64,000 bases of DNA. Source: Hemiscyllium ocellatum (taxonomy: Eukaryota). Under the pieces are notes generated by a model, which ran no database searches, had not been told where the DNA came from, and was given only the letters and a program-made list of their open reading frames with translations. Location: positions 62,001 to 126,000 of the forward strand of contig NW_026869299.1 in assembly GCF_020745735.1 (NCBI RefSeq). Direction: 5' to 3'. Below, piece by piece: positions 11,764 through 24,361 of the stretch. A program made the position numbers and the translations under genes. Position 1 is the stretch's first letter. Each line of letters opens with the position of its first letter.

Positions 11764-12200
11764 GATCATAGAGTCATACAGATGTACAACTTGGAAACAG
11801 ATCTTTCAATCACACTTGCCCATGTTATCCTAAACTAATCTAGTCCCATTTGGCAGTACTTGGTCCATATCCCTCTAAACCCTTCCTATTCTTATCCACA
11901 CTCAGATGCCTTTTAAATGTTGAAATTGCACCAGCCTCCACCGCTTCCTCTGGCAGTTCATTCCATACACACCATCCTCAGCATGAAAAAGTTACTCCTT
12001 ATGTACTTTCAACTTTTTCCCCTCTCACTCTAAACCTATACTCACGGTTTAGATGAGACTCCACCCACCTCAGGGAAAAGACCTTGTCTATTCACCATAT
12101 CCATGTCTCTGATGATTTTATAAACCTTTATAAAGTCACCCCTCAGCCTCCAACCCTCCAGAGAAATCAACCCCAGCCTATTCAGCCTCTCCCTATATAA
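11764..12200 (-). mobile_element. CR1/HER1-like 3' end
   Basis: Starts with reversed tail ATCATAGAGTCATACAGATGTAC followed by reversed CR1 3' sequence. Confidence 0.7.
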
Positions 12201-12639
12201 CTCTACATGGCTGTGAATATGTATAAGCCTAGAGGATTGGCTTCATAAATCATGTTGCATTTAATATAAATGTTGTTTTTTTTATTATCATTTAGTTTAA
12301 AATGGAGGATTGGTGCCTTTTCAATTTTAGATCAGTAGCACAGAAAGACCTGGGGAAATAAACTGCAACAAAAAAATGGACAAAAAGTTATTGCACTACC
12401 GATCATCTCACCATATCATTCGTGTAAAAAATAATTCCCTGTTTTGACTGTGAAGTTAATAGAGTCTATTAATTAGTCCTGTGTTTGTAATAATTTTCTG
12501 CTATCTGTCATTCTACATTTAGTTGTTATAGTTAATGTGTGGATTACTGCACCTCTCTAAAAATTCAAAACAAAATAAAGTAAAACTGCAAATTAAATGT
12601 TGCGTCTAATTATGACAAAAAAATTAACAATTCAATGAC

Positions 12640-13460
12640 ACCAATTGGAAAGGAATGTTGAAATGTAGCCAATTCTGAGGACTACAAGAAGTTGCAAGAG
12701 ATCATTAATTAATTTACAGTATGTTCAAATAATTAGCAAATGAAGATCCACACAGATAAACGTAAGGTGTTACATCTTGGTAGGAATAATGTGCAGGTCA
12801 CTTAGACAAAGATGCACGTCTAAGTGAGGGAGACAAACAAAGGGATTTCAGACAATTACATCATTCACTATCAATTTCACCACAGGTTCCAAAGACCATA
12901 AAAATGCAAACAAAGCTCTAAGTTTTATCTCTAAAGGGATAGATTTGAAAGTAGGGTCACTATAAAAATTTGGTTGACTATAATTCAGAGTATTGCCTGC
13001 AGTTCGAGTTGACATATTATAGAATGTATGAGAGAGAGTGAAGAGATGATTTATGAGAATGCTACACAAGTTTCTGGCTGTGCATATCAAGGAAGAATTG
13101 TTGTGCTGTTCACTTCTCTCTTGAAAAGAAGGATGACAGTTCTAAAATTAAGAAAGGTTTTGAAAAGAGAAGGTACAGAGAAAACATTTCACTGTGGGAT
13201 AGAATATAACTCGAGGCTGTCAAAATAAGACGGTACCTCAAGAAGTCCAAAAGGGAATTCAGAAGAAATGATGAGAATGGGAATATGTGACCAGACGGAA
13301 TAGTTGAAATCAATAGTTTAGATGTATTTCAAGGAAACTAGGGGAGCACTTGGAAGGGATGGGAATAGAGAATTACAACGGGTGATTTAGATGAGGAAAG
13401 ATGTGAAACACCTTGAGTAGAACATACACACTGGCATAAACTGATTGTGCCAAATGGTCT
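12640..13460 (+). mobile_element. Decayed CR1 RT C-terminal/3' fragment
   Basis: GATGACACC-like motif, GAGGACTACAAGAAGTTGCAA (EDYKKLQ), CAAATGAAG (QMK) and CR1-like tail. Confidence 0.6.
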
Positions 13461-14530
13461 GTTTTTCCTCTGTAATCCTATGTAGAAAATCACCATTGTA
13501 TGAAACAAAAAGTGCATTAAGAACATTTAGAAGAATTATAAAGTTTCTCACAAAAGAGTCTCAAGTATCCAGCACTGAATGTAAATGATTTTATCACATG
13601 GCCCCACTTCACTATTTGCTAGATCGACTGAAAAAGCAGTAATCACAGTACTCTTACTAGGAGTAGGAGTAACCCATTGTCCATGCACCAATTGGGGGAT
13701 CTCAATGACTTATTAATGGCCTCAGTAGGAGCTGCCAACCTGATCCTGGGAATGTTGTGAACACTCTAGCCCTCATGGCTTTTTTCACTCACTTACTCTG
13801 ATTTCCAGTTCCCGTAATGATCACCACCATGGACAGGGGACTGTTCCAGTATGCAGATAGGATACCCTGTTGTGAGCCATAAGGTACTCCATTAGGAGGG
13901 ACATCCTCCAGGTGTGTCACTAGGATGCAGGGGGAAGTCTCCCCCACAATGGAGGACCTCACTGCTAATAAACTGCCAGCATTGGCAGGAATAGACTCTG
14001 CATTGGCCACCTGAGTGGTCACCCTTTCCCGAATTTGGGATCAATAAAATACTACGGAGGTGGAATCTCCTTCCTTCCCTTATCATCTTCCACCCTATTA
14101 TCCACCTAATGACCTTGCAGCCTGTCCCTAGAGGGCTGATAGAACCCAGTCCCATTCCAATATTCAAGAACATGAAGAGCTGGCAACCTGGTCAAAATTG
14201 ATAAAGCTTAAAACAAACAGTCTTGGCCTGACCATCAAATTCTAAAGTGTAACTTGAGATGAGTTCAATAAAAATGGCAGAATTACAGAAACAACCACTT
14301 CCATCTCTCAGAAACAAATTTCTATGAATGGGAACGGGTGGTCTGCTATTTGGAATGGAGCAGTGCATTTGAAAAGTGAATGAGGAGCAGCAATGTTTTG
14401 TGTTGGACGTGTGCACAGTCTGAAGCTGTTTGCTGATTTGGTTGTGCTAAAGGTTTGGCAGATACATTCCAATGAGAATCAATTAAATCTGCCAAAGTGG
14501 ATATTAATACTCACATTTGAGATGCTTTAA

Positions 14531-15295
14531 CATAGAACATAGAAAAATACAGCACAGAACAGGCCCTTTGGCCCACAACAGTGTGCCGAGGTCTAATGCT
14601 AATGTAAAATATAATAACAACCCACACACCTCTCAACTCACTGCTAAACATTTGCATGTCCAGCAGTCACTTAAATGTCCCTAATGACTCTGCTTCCACC
14701 ACCACTGCTGGTAAAGCATTCCATGCATTCACAACACTCTGCATAAAGAACCTACCTCTAACGTCTCCTCTATACCTTTCTCCTAATATCTTAAAACTAT
14801 GACCCCCTCGTACCAGTCAATCCTGCCCTGGGGAAAATTCTCTAGCTTTTGATTTTATCTATTCCTCTCATTATTTTGTATACCTCAATCAGGTCTCCTC
14901 TCTTCCTCCTTCTCTCCACAGAGAAAAGTCTGAGCTTATTTAACCTTTCTTCATAAGGCAAGCCCTCCAGTTCAGGCAGCATCCTGGTAAACCTTCTTTG
15001 CATCCTCTCCAAAGCCTCTATCTATTTCTTATAGCAGGGCGACCAGAACTGGACACAATATTCCAGGTGTGGTCTCACCAGGGACTTGTAGAGCTGCAGC
15101 AAAACCTCGCTGCTCTCAAACTCAATTCCCTTGTAAATGAAAGTCTAAACACCATCTGCTTTCTTAACAACCCTATCCACTTGGGTGGCAACTTTGAGAG
15201 ATCTATGTACTTGCATACCCAGATCCCTCTGTTCCTCTACACTGCCAAGAATCCTGCCTTTAACCCTATATTCAGCATTCGAGTTTGACCTTCCA
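14531..15295 (-). mobile_element. CR1/HER1-like 3' portion
   Basis: Reversed (CTATGTT)n tail AACATAGAACATAGAA. ORF 15145-15399(-) contains EYRVKGRILGSVEEQRDLGMQVHRSLKVATQVDRVVKKA, typical CR1 RT C-terminus. Confidence 0.85.
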
Positions 15296-18200
15296 AACTG
15301 GAAAAGGATGCACCGAACGCCAAACAGGAGAAGGTTGTTGGCATGTATCAGAAGAGTTAGGACCAATGACATGAAACTGGCTTTTAAGCAAGCTTTCAAA
15401 GTGAGAATGAGTACCAGAGGGCATGTAAGGAAGTTTATCAGTAAAGTACAGCTAATTCAGGGGACTTGACCAGACTCATGGACAAAAGCAATCAGAGAAC
15501 CAGAGAACAGAGTGTGTATATAAAAGGTGCAAGAGACAGCGTGGATCAAGGCCTTGAAGAATTTAGAGATAGACATAAGTTTAAACTCAATACATTATCA
15601 TCTAATGTGCCAGTTAAGATCTCAGTCCTTTCTCTATGAGCACAAGTTTAAGTTTACCAGTCTTGTCCAGGCCAGCATTAAATGGGGTTTTTATTTGCAC
15701 TGTGCACATCTCCTGATTTCACACGATATCTCAGTTTTGTAAATGCAATAGAATGCATTATCCACTGTTTCAGCAATTCATTAAATAGAAGTTAACAGAA
15801 ATAAACAACTTTCCAAAGCTGTCTTTCAACAGCCAGACTGATACAATATTCAAAGAGGATCTGCATGTACAAAGTGGGCTTGTCAGGGGGTTAAATCATT
15901 TCAAATTCGAAAACTAGATTCCATTTTAATGATATCAGCTGGATGTTGGATACTCCATTAACAAAAGGTTCCCATATTCAAACGGTTGTTTGCAAATATA
16001 GAAATTGGATATTGCTATAAAATAGTACATGCTCTTTTTTTTGTCTTGCATACATCAGGATAGCTGCAAGGATTTTGATATTAAGGGAAACAACATTTTA
16101 CACTGAACAAGAAAAGAGTTCTGATGCTTTGGAAAGTGCACAATGATTGATCGAGATGTCCCCAATGGAAATGGACTGGTCAGATGGTGACGGACAATTA
16201 ACAGCTAAACATTGTTAAGTTTGCAATTGGCAGGTTGCCTGAGTGGTCAAGGTATTGCCCTGCCAAATGAGTCCGAGAATGGCCATCACCAATTCAGCCA
16301 AATCACAACAAGCATTGGCTGTTAACTGCCAATCATCACCTGGACCATTCTCCATGCCTTTACCAATCAGCACTCATTACCCAGACAGATTAAATGCTTT
16401 CGCCATTCCCATTGGTATTCTTGAGAGTGTCCTGATAAGTACAATACTAAAGACTTAAATAAAAAAAACTTTATTTTCATCAATACTCAAATGTCCATGT
16501 TGTCCCAACTGGCAGAGGTGAAACTTCACTATAATGTATCAGGCCTACAATGAACTGGTAAAGTTCTGCACTGGTCTCAGAGGGAAACCAGCAACAATGT
16601 CCTTGTGGAGACATTACTTTACCTTTGATCCGATACAGCAACAATTTCAAAGCCATGGAGGAACAGAAATAAATAGAAACAAACCACATGCACATACACA
16701 CAGCACACTATTATGTCAAGTAATAGAGAGAAATGCTGCACCAGCAGGAAAATTAATTGTTATTCTGAATAGTGAATATGGCACCAAAAGCACCCTTGTG
16801 ATAATGACATTGGTTTGCAGCAGTTGAAGAGTTGCTCATTCTGTCCTGGGCCCCGCTCAGTTCCTACACCAGTATGTGACCATAGATTCAGATTGTTTTT
16901 AAAGGCAGCTATCAATATGCAGTTGCACAGTGGCGGGAGTACGGCTATCCTATGGACAGCACTAAAGAGATCTCACACACATTGGCTCTTTAATAACGAA
17001 ATGGGGCAAACCTCAGAGATAGGGAAATGTAAATAAATGAACCATTAACAAGATTTCATTCAATTCGATAGTAACTGATACCTGATCACCAAATTCAGCT
17101 GCCACTTGAAAGGATGCAAGAAGCCCCAAAAGGAGATACTCCAAATTTCACTTGATTCTGTGTCGCATTATCGCAAGAGAGCTTTGTAGTTGCCTTCTAG
17201 CAGACATTATTTTTATCCATAAACCACATCTGCTTGACAGAGAAGCATTGGTTCCGATCACAGATCAGAACTGAATAGTGCAGAACCACATCATAACTCA
17301 TCTCGAGAAGCTGTGTCAATGGGTGCTTGGGTTTGCAGTGCCTCTGTGTTCTGAGCTTCGGCCCCAATCTCTCTCTGTTCCCTAGTTTTTCTGATAAGTT
17401 GCAGTTCCAGTCAGTTTGTATTTCATCATTGTCCCAGATTACAGAGGTTTCAGTATCAGTGAGTTCACCAATATAGCGCGTTGGGTAAATCAGCAGTGGC
17501 CTCACTGAAAAGGCTTTTAAATCCTGAGGCTCATAGAACAGCATATAGTTATCCCTATTAATTGACCTAATAACAATTAACAACATTATATTTGATCTGC
17601 TTTATTTCCCATTACTGACTGCAATTAAGTTACTTCATGGGATACAGAAACTCACCAATGTGAGTAAAATCCTCTTAAACTTTGGGCAAAATCCAGGCTA
17701 TTGACTTAAGAGAATAAACTCCATACAATAATGCAACAAAGAAACGCAAATTAAAGTCAAATGATGCACAGGTTTGATGAAGAGCAAAACCCCCTCTACC
17801 CCAGCAGGAAGGCAAGTAGAAAAGTTGTGCATTTATATAACATCTTAATGCAATCTCAGAGTATCCTAAACATCTCTTTCCAGATCTCTGAAACAAGTGC
17901 AGAACCCCTGGGGTCACTGTCAACTACAGGCTATCAAACCCAGGGAATCATAGATGGAAATGTCAGCATGTGCACATGCAACAGTTTAAAATGTGTGTTT
18001 AATACCTCCGCTCGAGTAACTAGCAAAATTGTTTTGCGGTATGAATAATAAATGAGAACAGGTCACTTGGCCCTTCGAGCCTGCTCCACTATTCAATAAG
18101 ATCCTGGCTGACCCGATTTTAACAAGCTTATAAAACTTTCAGCTGACAATATCTCACTTTAGCTTCTCTTATTCTATCATTTTAGTATATTCCACTACAT

Positions 18201-18654
18201 ATCTATACTAATCCGGAGAATAATTCTCCTGCTGTTAATCACTGATCCACACTGTACTGCTCTCCTCATGCACTGTTCTTTTCGTCAGCCTATTCTTTAG
18301 ACAAGATAAAAGACAAGAACAGACTCCACTGTTTGCTGGTACTTGACACAATGAGAACGATTGAAATATTTCAATACACTCCTTTGGTGGAAAATATAAT
18401 TTGCTTTGATACTTTAAAACTGGTTCCATTTATTTTATATTTGCATTGAATGGTATATTAGTTTGATCCAGATGTTAGTACAAAGTGAAATATTACAGCA
18501 CTGAGCTTTATCTCATTCTCATTTGATGGAAGTTGGGAAGGAGTGTTTTCTTACAGCAGAGAGTGAAACATGAACAACCAAGTTGAGTAACAATCCATGC
18601 AGGTTCTGACAACGTCAATTTTCAATCAGAGATGTTCTATACAACAACTGAAGT

Positions 18655-18985
18655 ACTTTTGATCATGTAGTCACATGTCAGAAATGTGATATCTAATTTG
18701 TGTACCATGAGAAAAGCAGGAAGGAGATGATGACCAGATCATCTGCTCATCGGGATTGAGCGATAAGTATTGGCCGGGACACCAGGTATAATCTCCTCAC
18801 TTTAATTCAAAATAAGGGTCCCTTTAGAGGGCAGAGTGGCTTTGGTTTAATGCCTCATATACATCTGGTGCGTAGGATTATCTCAGGACTGCACTGTTGT
18901 GGCAGCATCAATTAGTCTATTCTAAACCCGACGGTAGGTCTTGAACTCTTCAACTCAAAGATCAGCACACTACTCAGTGACACCT
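18655..18985 (-). mobile_element. Deu-domain SINE (SacSINE1/AmnSINE1-like), old
   Basis: GATGACCAGATCATCTG, GGGATTGAGCGATAAGTATTGGCCGGGACACCAGG and GAGGGCAGAGTGGCTTTGGTTTAATGCCTCAT match the reversed Deu core as I recall it; reversed tRNA-like head (CTTGAACTC) near 18940. Confidence 0.6.
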
Positions 18986-19609
18986 GAGCAACACCCAATA
19001 CTCTGACAGGCGGCTTATTATTTACATCCCCAGGAATTAATGAAACAATTAAGGGAAATTGCATTGATTCTGTATGAGATGCAAAACAGGCCTCTTATGG
19101 TAGAATGATCGTCTCCCTACCCCGAGATCAGTAGGCTTAAGTTCCTAGATTAGACTTAGTAGGTTTAAGTTCCTGTCCTACCTATTCCAGAGGCATGTCA
19201 TACATTGCTGAACATTTTAATGTTAAAAAGGAAAGCTTCTTCAACCAATGGGCTGTTGTCATTTGGAAAGTGCTAATTAGGAATCAGCAGTTTGAGTCAC
19301 CTTTGCTGATTCCCTGTGTGTTATACGGGAGTCAGTAATTTCTATTAGTGTCCACCGTTACAGCTACAAAAAGTCCTCTAAAATCTCTCCTCAATGGGTC
19401 ATTCTTCCCTTTTGAATATGGGCAGTGAGCACTCAGCCCTCTCTCTTCCTTAGCAACAAATGGCTGCCATGCTTCCAGCCTGCTGTCAGCAAGAGGTTAA
19501 CTTGCACTGTCAAAGTGTGGCAATACTGAGAATAACCCTCCCCATATTGACCCAGGCTAAGATCACAAGATGCAGCACAAGTCAGTGTTTATATCCAGAA
19601 TTAGATAAC

Positions 19610-19920
19610 CAGGAAGGATGTTCTCCACGGCTGGGGAGTCCAGAACCAGGGTCACGGTCTACAGATACTGGCTCGGGCATTTTGGACTAAGATGAGGAAA
19701 CCTTTCTTCACCCTGACAGTGGTGACTCTTTAGAATTCACAGTCATAGAAATTGATTGAGTCCAAAACATAACAGTTTTTTTTCTGGCTAAAGAGATCAA
19801 AGCTTGTCGAAAGAATGATGGAACAGGATATTGAGTTGGATAATCAGCCATTGTCATTTTGAACAGCAGCGCATGCTTAAGGGGCTGAATGGCTTACTGC
19901 TCCACCTATTTCTGTGACCA
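19610..19920 (+). mobile_element. CR1 3'-end fragment
   Basis: GGATGTTCTCCACGGCTGGGGAGTCCAGAACCAGGGTCAC..GGGGCTGAATGGCTTACTGCTCC tail. Confidence 0.7.
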
Positions 19921-19929
19921 TTCTGTGGC

Positions 19930-20310
19930 TGAAAGAGATGTGTTTTGTTCAAAAGCTATTTTGATAGCAAAACAAAAGAGAATGTGTTACTGTTTACAAC
20001 ACAGAGTGACGAAACAATTTCAGATGATTGTGAATTGGACATTCCTCAAATTAAATTGAACAATGAGGAAGTTCTGGAAAATTGGGATAAACTGCTGAGT
20101 TACCTTCCAGATGAAAATCGAAATGACCTGAAAGAGTTACTATAATCACATGGGGAGATATGTGGGAATAACCTGGGAACTACTAATCTCACTGCACATA
20201 ATATTGATTGAGGAAATGCTGTTCCAATCAAGCAACATCCTATGGACTTAACCTTTGAAGGGTGGCACAGGTTCAGAAAGAGACTGAACACATGTTGAAG
20301 CATAACATGT
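19930..20310 (+). mobile_element. Gypsy LTR-retrotransposon pol fragment (pre-RT linker)
   Basis: EVLENWDKLLSYLPDENRNDLKELL..NAVPIKQHP resembles the Gypsy PIKQHPYR motif preceding RT. Confidence 0.6.
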
Positions 20311-21619
20311 TCATACATTGGATCAAACTTACTTTTCGACTGTCACTTTCTTTCCTCGTGAACTTAAATTGTCAACTTCCTCAGATTGCAGATTGAAGAT
20401 ATCATTAGGATTCTGAACATTATAAATAAGACAGTGGCATGCAAAAGAAGGAAATTATGACAAATAGTTATAAACATGCTTTACTCTCATGTCTAGTATT
20501 TATGCAGCACGCTTCAGGAAGGGATTTGAGAAGGTGCACAAAAGGTACACAAAAATGGTACCAGAGATGAGCAACTGGAGAACTATGTGGATAGTTTGAG
20601 AACAGAAGATGAAGAATTCATTTTAAAAGTGTTCAAAATCATGAGGGATTTGGATAGAGTAGCGTAAAAGGGTAGGAGAATGCATTTGGATTGGAGGGTT
20701 GGTGTGGATTTGTTGGGCCAAGTGGCCTGTTTCCATACTGTGTGGATTATATTTTAAAAAGGCTTGAGAAGAAAAGGATCACTGGATTTAACTTGATCAG
20801 CAAAAAAAAAAACAACGGTTACAAGGAAAACTGTTCTTAAAAACAGCATTGCTCGGAGACTGGAATGTTCTGCCTGATAGTTTAGTGGTGGAGGCAGCTT
20901 CAACTGAGGTCTTCAAAAGGAATCTACAATTTTCATGAAGAGAGGTTTTGCAGTATCACATAGTAAAAGGACTTGGGAGTGAACATAGGCAAGTTTCTCT
21001 TTGAGAGCTGATCAAATCATTGCCTCCGAGTTGTTACCATTGATCGTTGTATAACATTGCATAAACTACCAGCTCACCAGTTATTTCCTAATGGTTTGTC
21101 ATATTCTGATATAATGACTAACTTAGTCATGCATGCAACTAAGCTTACTTTGCAATTACTTCACTTTATCCAGGAGAATCTGCATTCCCATTTTCCTCAC
21201 TGTTTGCACTGACAATGTTTCCAGAACTGCAATTCATCAAAGAGCACAAATTAACTCATTTAACATCAGTAAACTTATTCAGAATTAAGTCCAAAGCAAT
21301 TTAACAAAAAAGAAATCACAGACTTGAGATTCAATATTCCAAGCGTGGTCGACTAGTTTTCCTAAGTTAGTCAATGACTGTAATTTTAATAAATCGCATT
21401 ATTTTGCCATAGTGATAATAAAAGAACAGAGATATCCATGCAAAGTCAGAATCAGGTGGAACAGACCTTTAGCTGATTATTGTTCTGTTCAGAAATAGAG
21501 ATTATAGACAGGAAAGGTCCTTTCAGTGTAAGTCTAATGAGTTGCTGCAGTTCATTCCGTAGAGTGTAAGTGCTAGGTAGCCCAACATCGTAGCTCAGTG
21601 ATGGTGAAGGGAGTGGAAA

Positions 21620-22050
21620 TTAGGTACGTTAGTTCTTTTGCCAGTCAATCAAACTGCTCTCTCTTTGATCATATTGAGCTTCTTGACTATTGTTGCAATT
21701 AAACAAATCACCAGGTGAGCAGTGAGGATTCCAATGCTCCCGATTTTAGCCTTGCAATGGTGAAGTTAATGAGGGGGTAATGACAAAGCAGTATACCTTG
21801 TATCCCAGTCTTGTAATCTTGCTCATGTAACTAGTTATTGCTGCCTTCACCACCCATCCCCCTGGAGTGTATTGACAATGCTGTCCTATGATCTAAAAAA
21901 TGCTGCTGGGATTACATTTGTTTTCAAGATGCATCATGAACCATCTTGGTCATGTTGGTATGGGGTTCTTTTGACTTCCACAGGATGTCTACAGTACACC
22001 ACAATGAGGGAATGCAGGAGTTGGGGTGTGGAAGAGACAGCACAGAGCGA
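21620..22050 (-). mobile_element. Highly decayed L2/CR1-group LINE fragment (same family as 30781-31590)
   Basis: GTCAATCAAACTGCTCTCTCTTTGATCATATTGAGCTTCTTGACTATTGTTG resembles 31095-31160. Confidence 0.4.
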
Positions 22051-23739
22051 AAAAAAGAGAAAACCATTTCTTCAGTATGTCACAGTACGTCATCCTTGTT
22101 TAAAGCCATTTCTGGGCTATGCAATACCTTTATACTGAAAGACAGGCAAAATTCAACGGACCATTGAAAAACTTTGGATGTTTTATGCTGATTTAAGATT
22201 GGTCTCTCAAAATAAGCCAAGCATTTCTGAACCAGTCAAGCAGTTGTTTTCTGTAATTGTTCTCATCTGTGTTTGTGTTCACCACGCTGCCGTGGGATGC
22301 CTTCGTGAGGCAATCCTGACATAATCTTACAACAACTGCCAGCACTTCCCTTTCTCATTATTGGATCCCTAATATAGCAGATTTAATCTGATATTAGACC
22401 AAACTTACTTGCCAATTTGTTTCCTTTAGTTTCTGACAAACTTAGATTTCCACTTAATTCACAGTGTGAGGTGTCAACATTTTCACAGCCGCAACTGGTC
22501 ATAAAGTACCAGTTAAATCATTTTAAATATGTGCATGATCACAAAGTTAATATTTGGCACTTCTTATCAACATTGAGAGTTTTGGCTGTGAGGGCAGGAG
22601 CTGGTGGGTGGGGAGTAAATAGGTCAAATAAAGACTTGTCTGCACTGGGACAGAGGGAAAACATCGCAAATGCAAGGATTCAAGTTTAACTTCCTTATCT
22701 CGGAACAAGAAATTCAAGGTCTTTATACACGATTGCTAATTTAACCCTTACAAGCACAATTTGTAACTCAATGTTTGATTCAGAATCCGAACATAGTAAT
22801 TTCTCATTATTCAAATTTACTGAAGGTTCATGTCATATTAGTCAGTATTGGCTGTTTTGTTGAAAAGAGAATTTTATTCCTTTTCCTTTCCTGCTCCTTC
22901 ATCCATTTGCAGTTTACTGAAAGATCTGACCATAATAAACCCAGGAATAATTACAGGTCTCTGACCCAGAGCAGTGTAATCACTTCAGTATTTAGACTTC
23001 TGTTAATTGATGACATCAGTGAAACGGTGTGGATGTGATGCTGCCTGTATTGAATTTGCCATGAAAACACTTTATAAGCTTGATTCAAACAAATACCTAT
23101 TACTAGGGAATGTGCCTGACTCCGTGGATACACATGACCTCTGGCCAACTTAAATTATAAAAAGTGCAAAGCATTCAATAGCGACATTGTATGGGAGATA
23201 GACCAAGGCGAGGAGACCAGGAGCCGGTTCTAATCCATAGCCATATTTCTTCAAATATGTAGGCATATTTCATCAAATGTCACCAGACTCTAGAGACCCA
23301 TGGCAATGATTTTGGAGGGAGTGAAGAATGGGGGGGTGGGCGGGAAGAAGCTTGAATGTTCCCAACCCTTGTGCTTGAGCTTGTGATAAGAATAAGCAAA
23401 AAATAGTATAAAGAGAATATGTGAAACTTGTTCAGGGCCCTTATAATACCCCTGTAGAGGTTACAATAAAGCTTTGTCTATGGTCTTGCTAGCATTTGAG
23501 TCGAGTCAATTTAACTTCTATGACACCAGCTACTTGGCCCCTGCTGAGATATATCATAGGCCAGTGTCCAATAGGAATAATCTACTTCCAATAGGTTCCT
23601 AATGCCAGGCACAGACTTCTGTAGATGTTCTACTTGCATCCACTTTCGACTAATGTGCCTGAGGTCACAGCAATGGAAAATGTGAGTGATGTTGTGGGAA
23701 AGGGGAACATGATATAGGTGAATTATAGCTCAAGGTCCT

Positions 23740-24250
23740 AAACCATAAGAAATAGGAATAGGAACAGACCATTTGGCTCATTAAGCCTGCTCCATCGTCC
23801 ATTAGGATCATTGCTGATACGACATTCCACACTATTTACTTTTCTGTATTTTCCTATTACCTCAATTCTCCTACTGCTCAAGAATTTATCTCAGCTTTAA
23901 ATATAGACAGGGACGTTACTCCCACAGCTCTATGTAATGAGGAGTTCCAAAGACTCTCAAACCTAGGAACAAATTCCTCTGCATCTCAGTCTTAAATTGT
24001 CAACCATTTATTATGAGACCATTCCCTCTGGTCCTCGACTCTCCCGTGAGGGATAATATCCTCTCAGCATTTACCCTGTCAAGTCCCTTAAGAACACTAT
24101 ATGTTGCAATGAGATCATATCGCATTCTTCTAAATTCTCAGCCTGTTTAGCCTTTTCCTCTTGATCAGGGATCACCCACATCAATGTTCTGGAACTGCCT
24201 CCAATGAAATAATAGCTTTCCTTAAATATTGGGTCCAAAACTACTCACAT
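23740..24250 (-). mobile_element. CR1 3'-end fragment
   Basis: Reversed tail CCATAAGAAATAGGAATAGGAACAGACCATTTGGC and CR1 3' body. Confidence 0.7.
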
Positions 24251-24361
24251 GCAACTGTGAAGATGCTAAAAGAGGGAGAGATGTGCACTTAGTCAAGGAT
24301 GGTGGCAGAAAGGACATTTGAGGACTCAACTACTGAGGTAGCAACAGTAAAGGAGAAGACA

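Noticed and set aside
13660-14180. Minus-strand ORFs with IVG(G)DF.CIL and GSQQGILS motifs
   Set aside because: Possibly a very decayed L1/Tx1-type fragment, but the motifs need frameshifts and their spacing is inconsistent; not supportable as a gene or a confident TE.
17640-17675. Donor-like GTGAGT on both strands
   Set aside because: No acceptor or coding frame supports an exon.
23187-23524. LTR-like stretch (TG start, TATAAAG, AATAAA, ACA end)
   Set aside because: No target-site duplication and no second copy; boundaries arbitrary.
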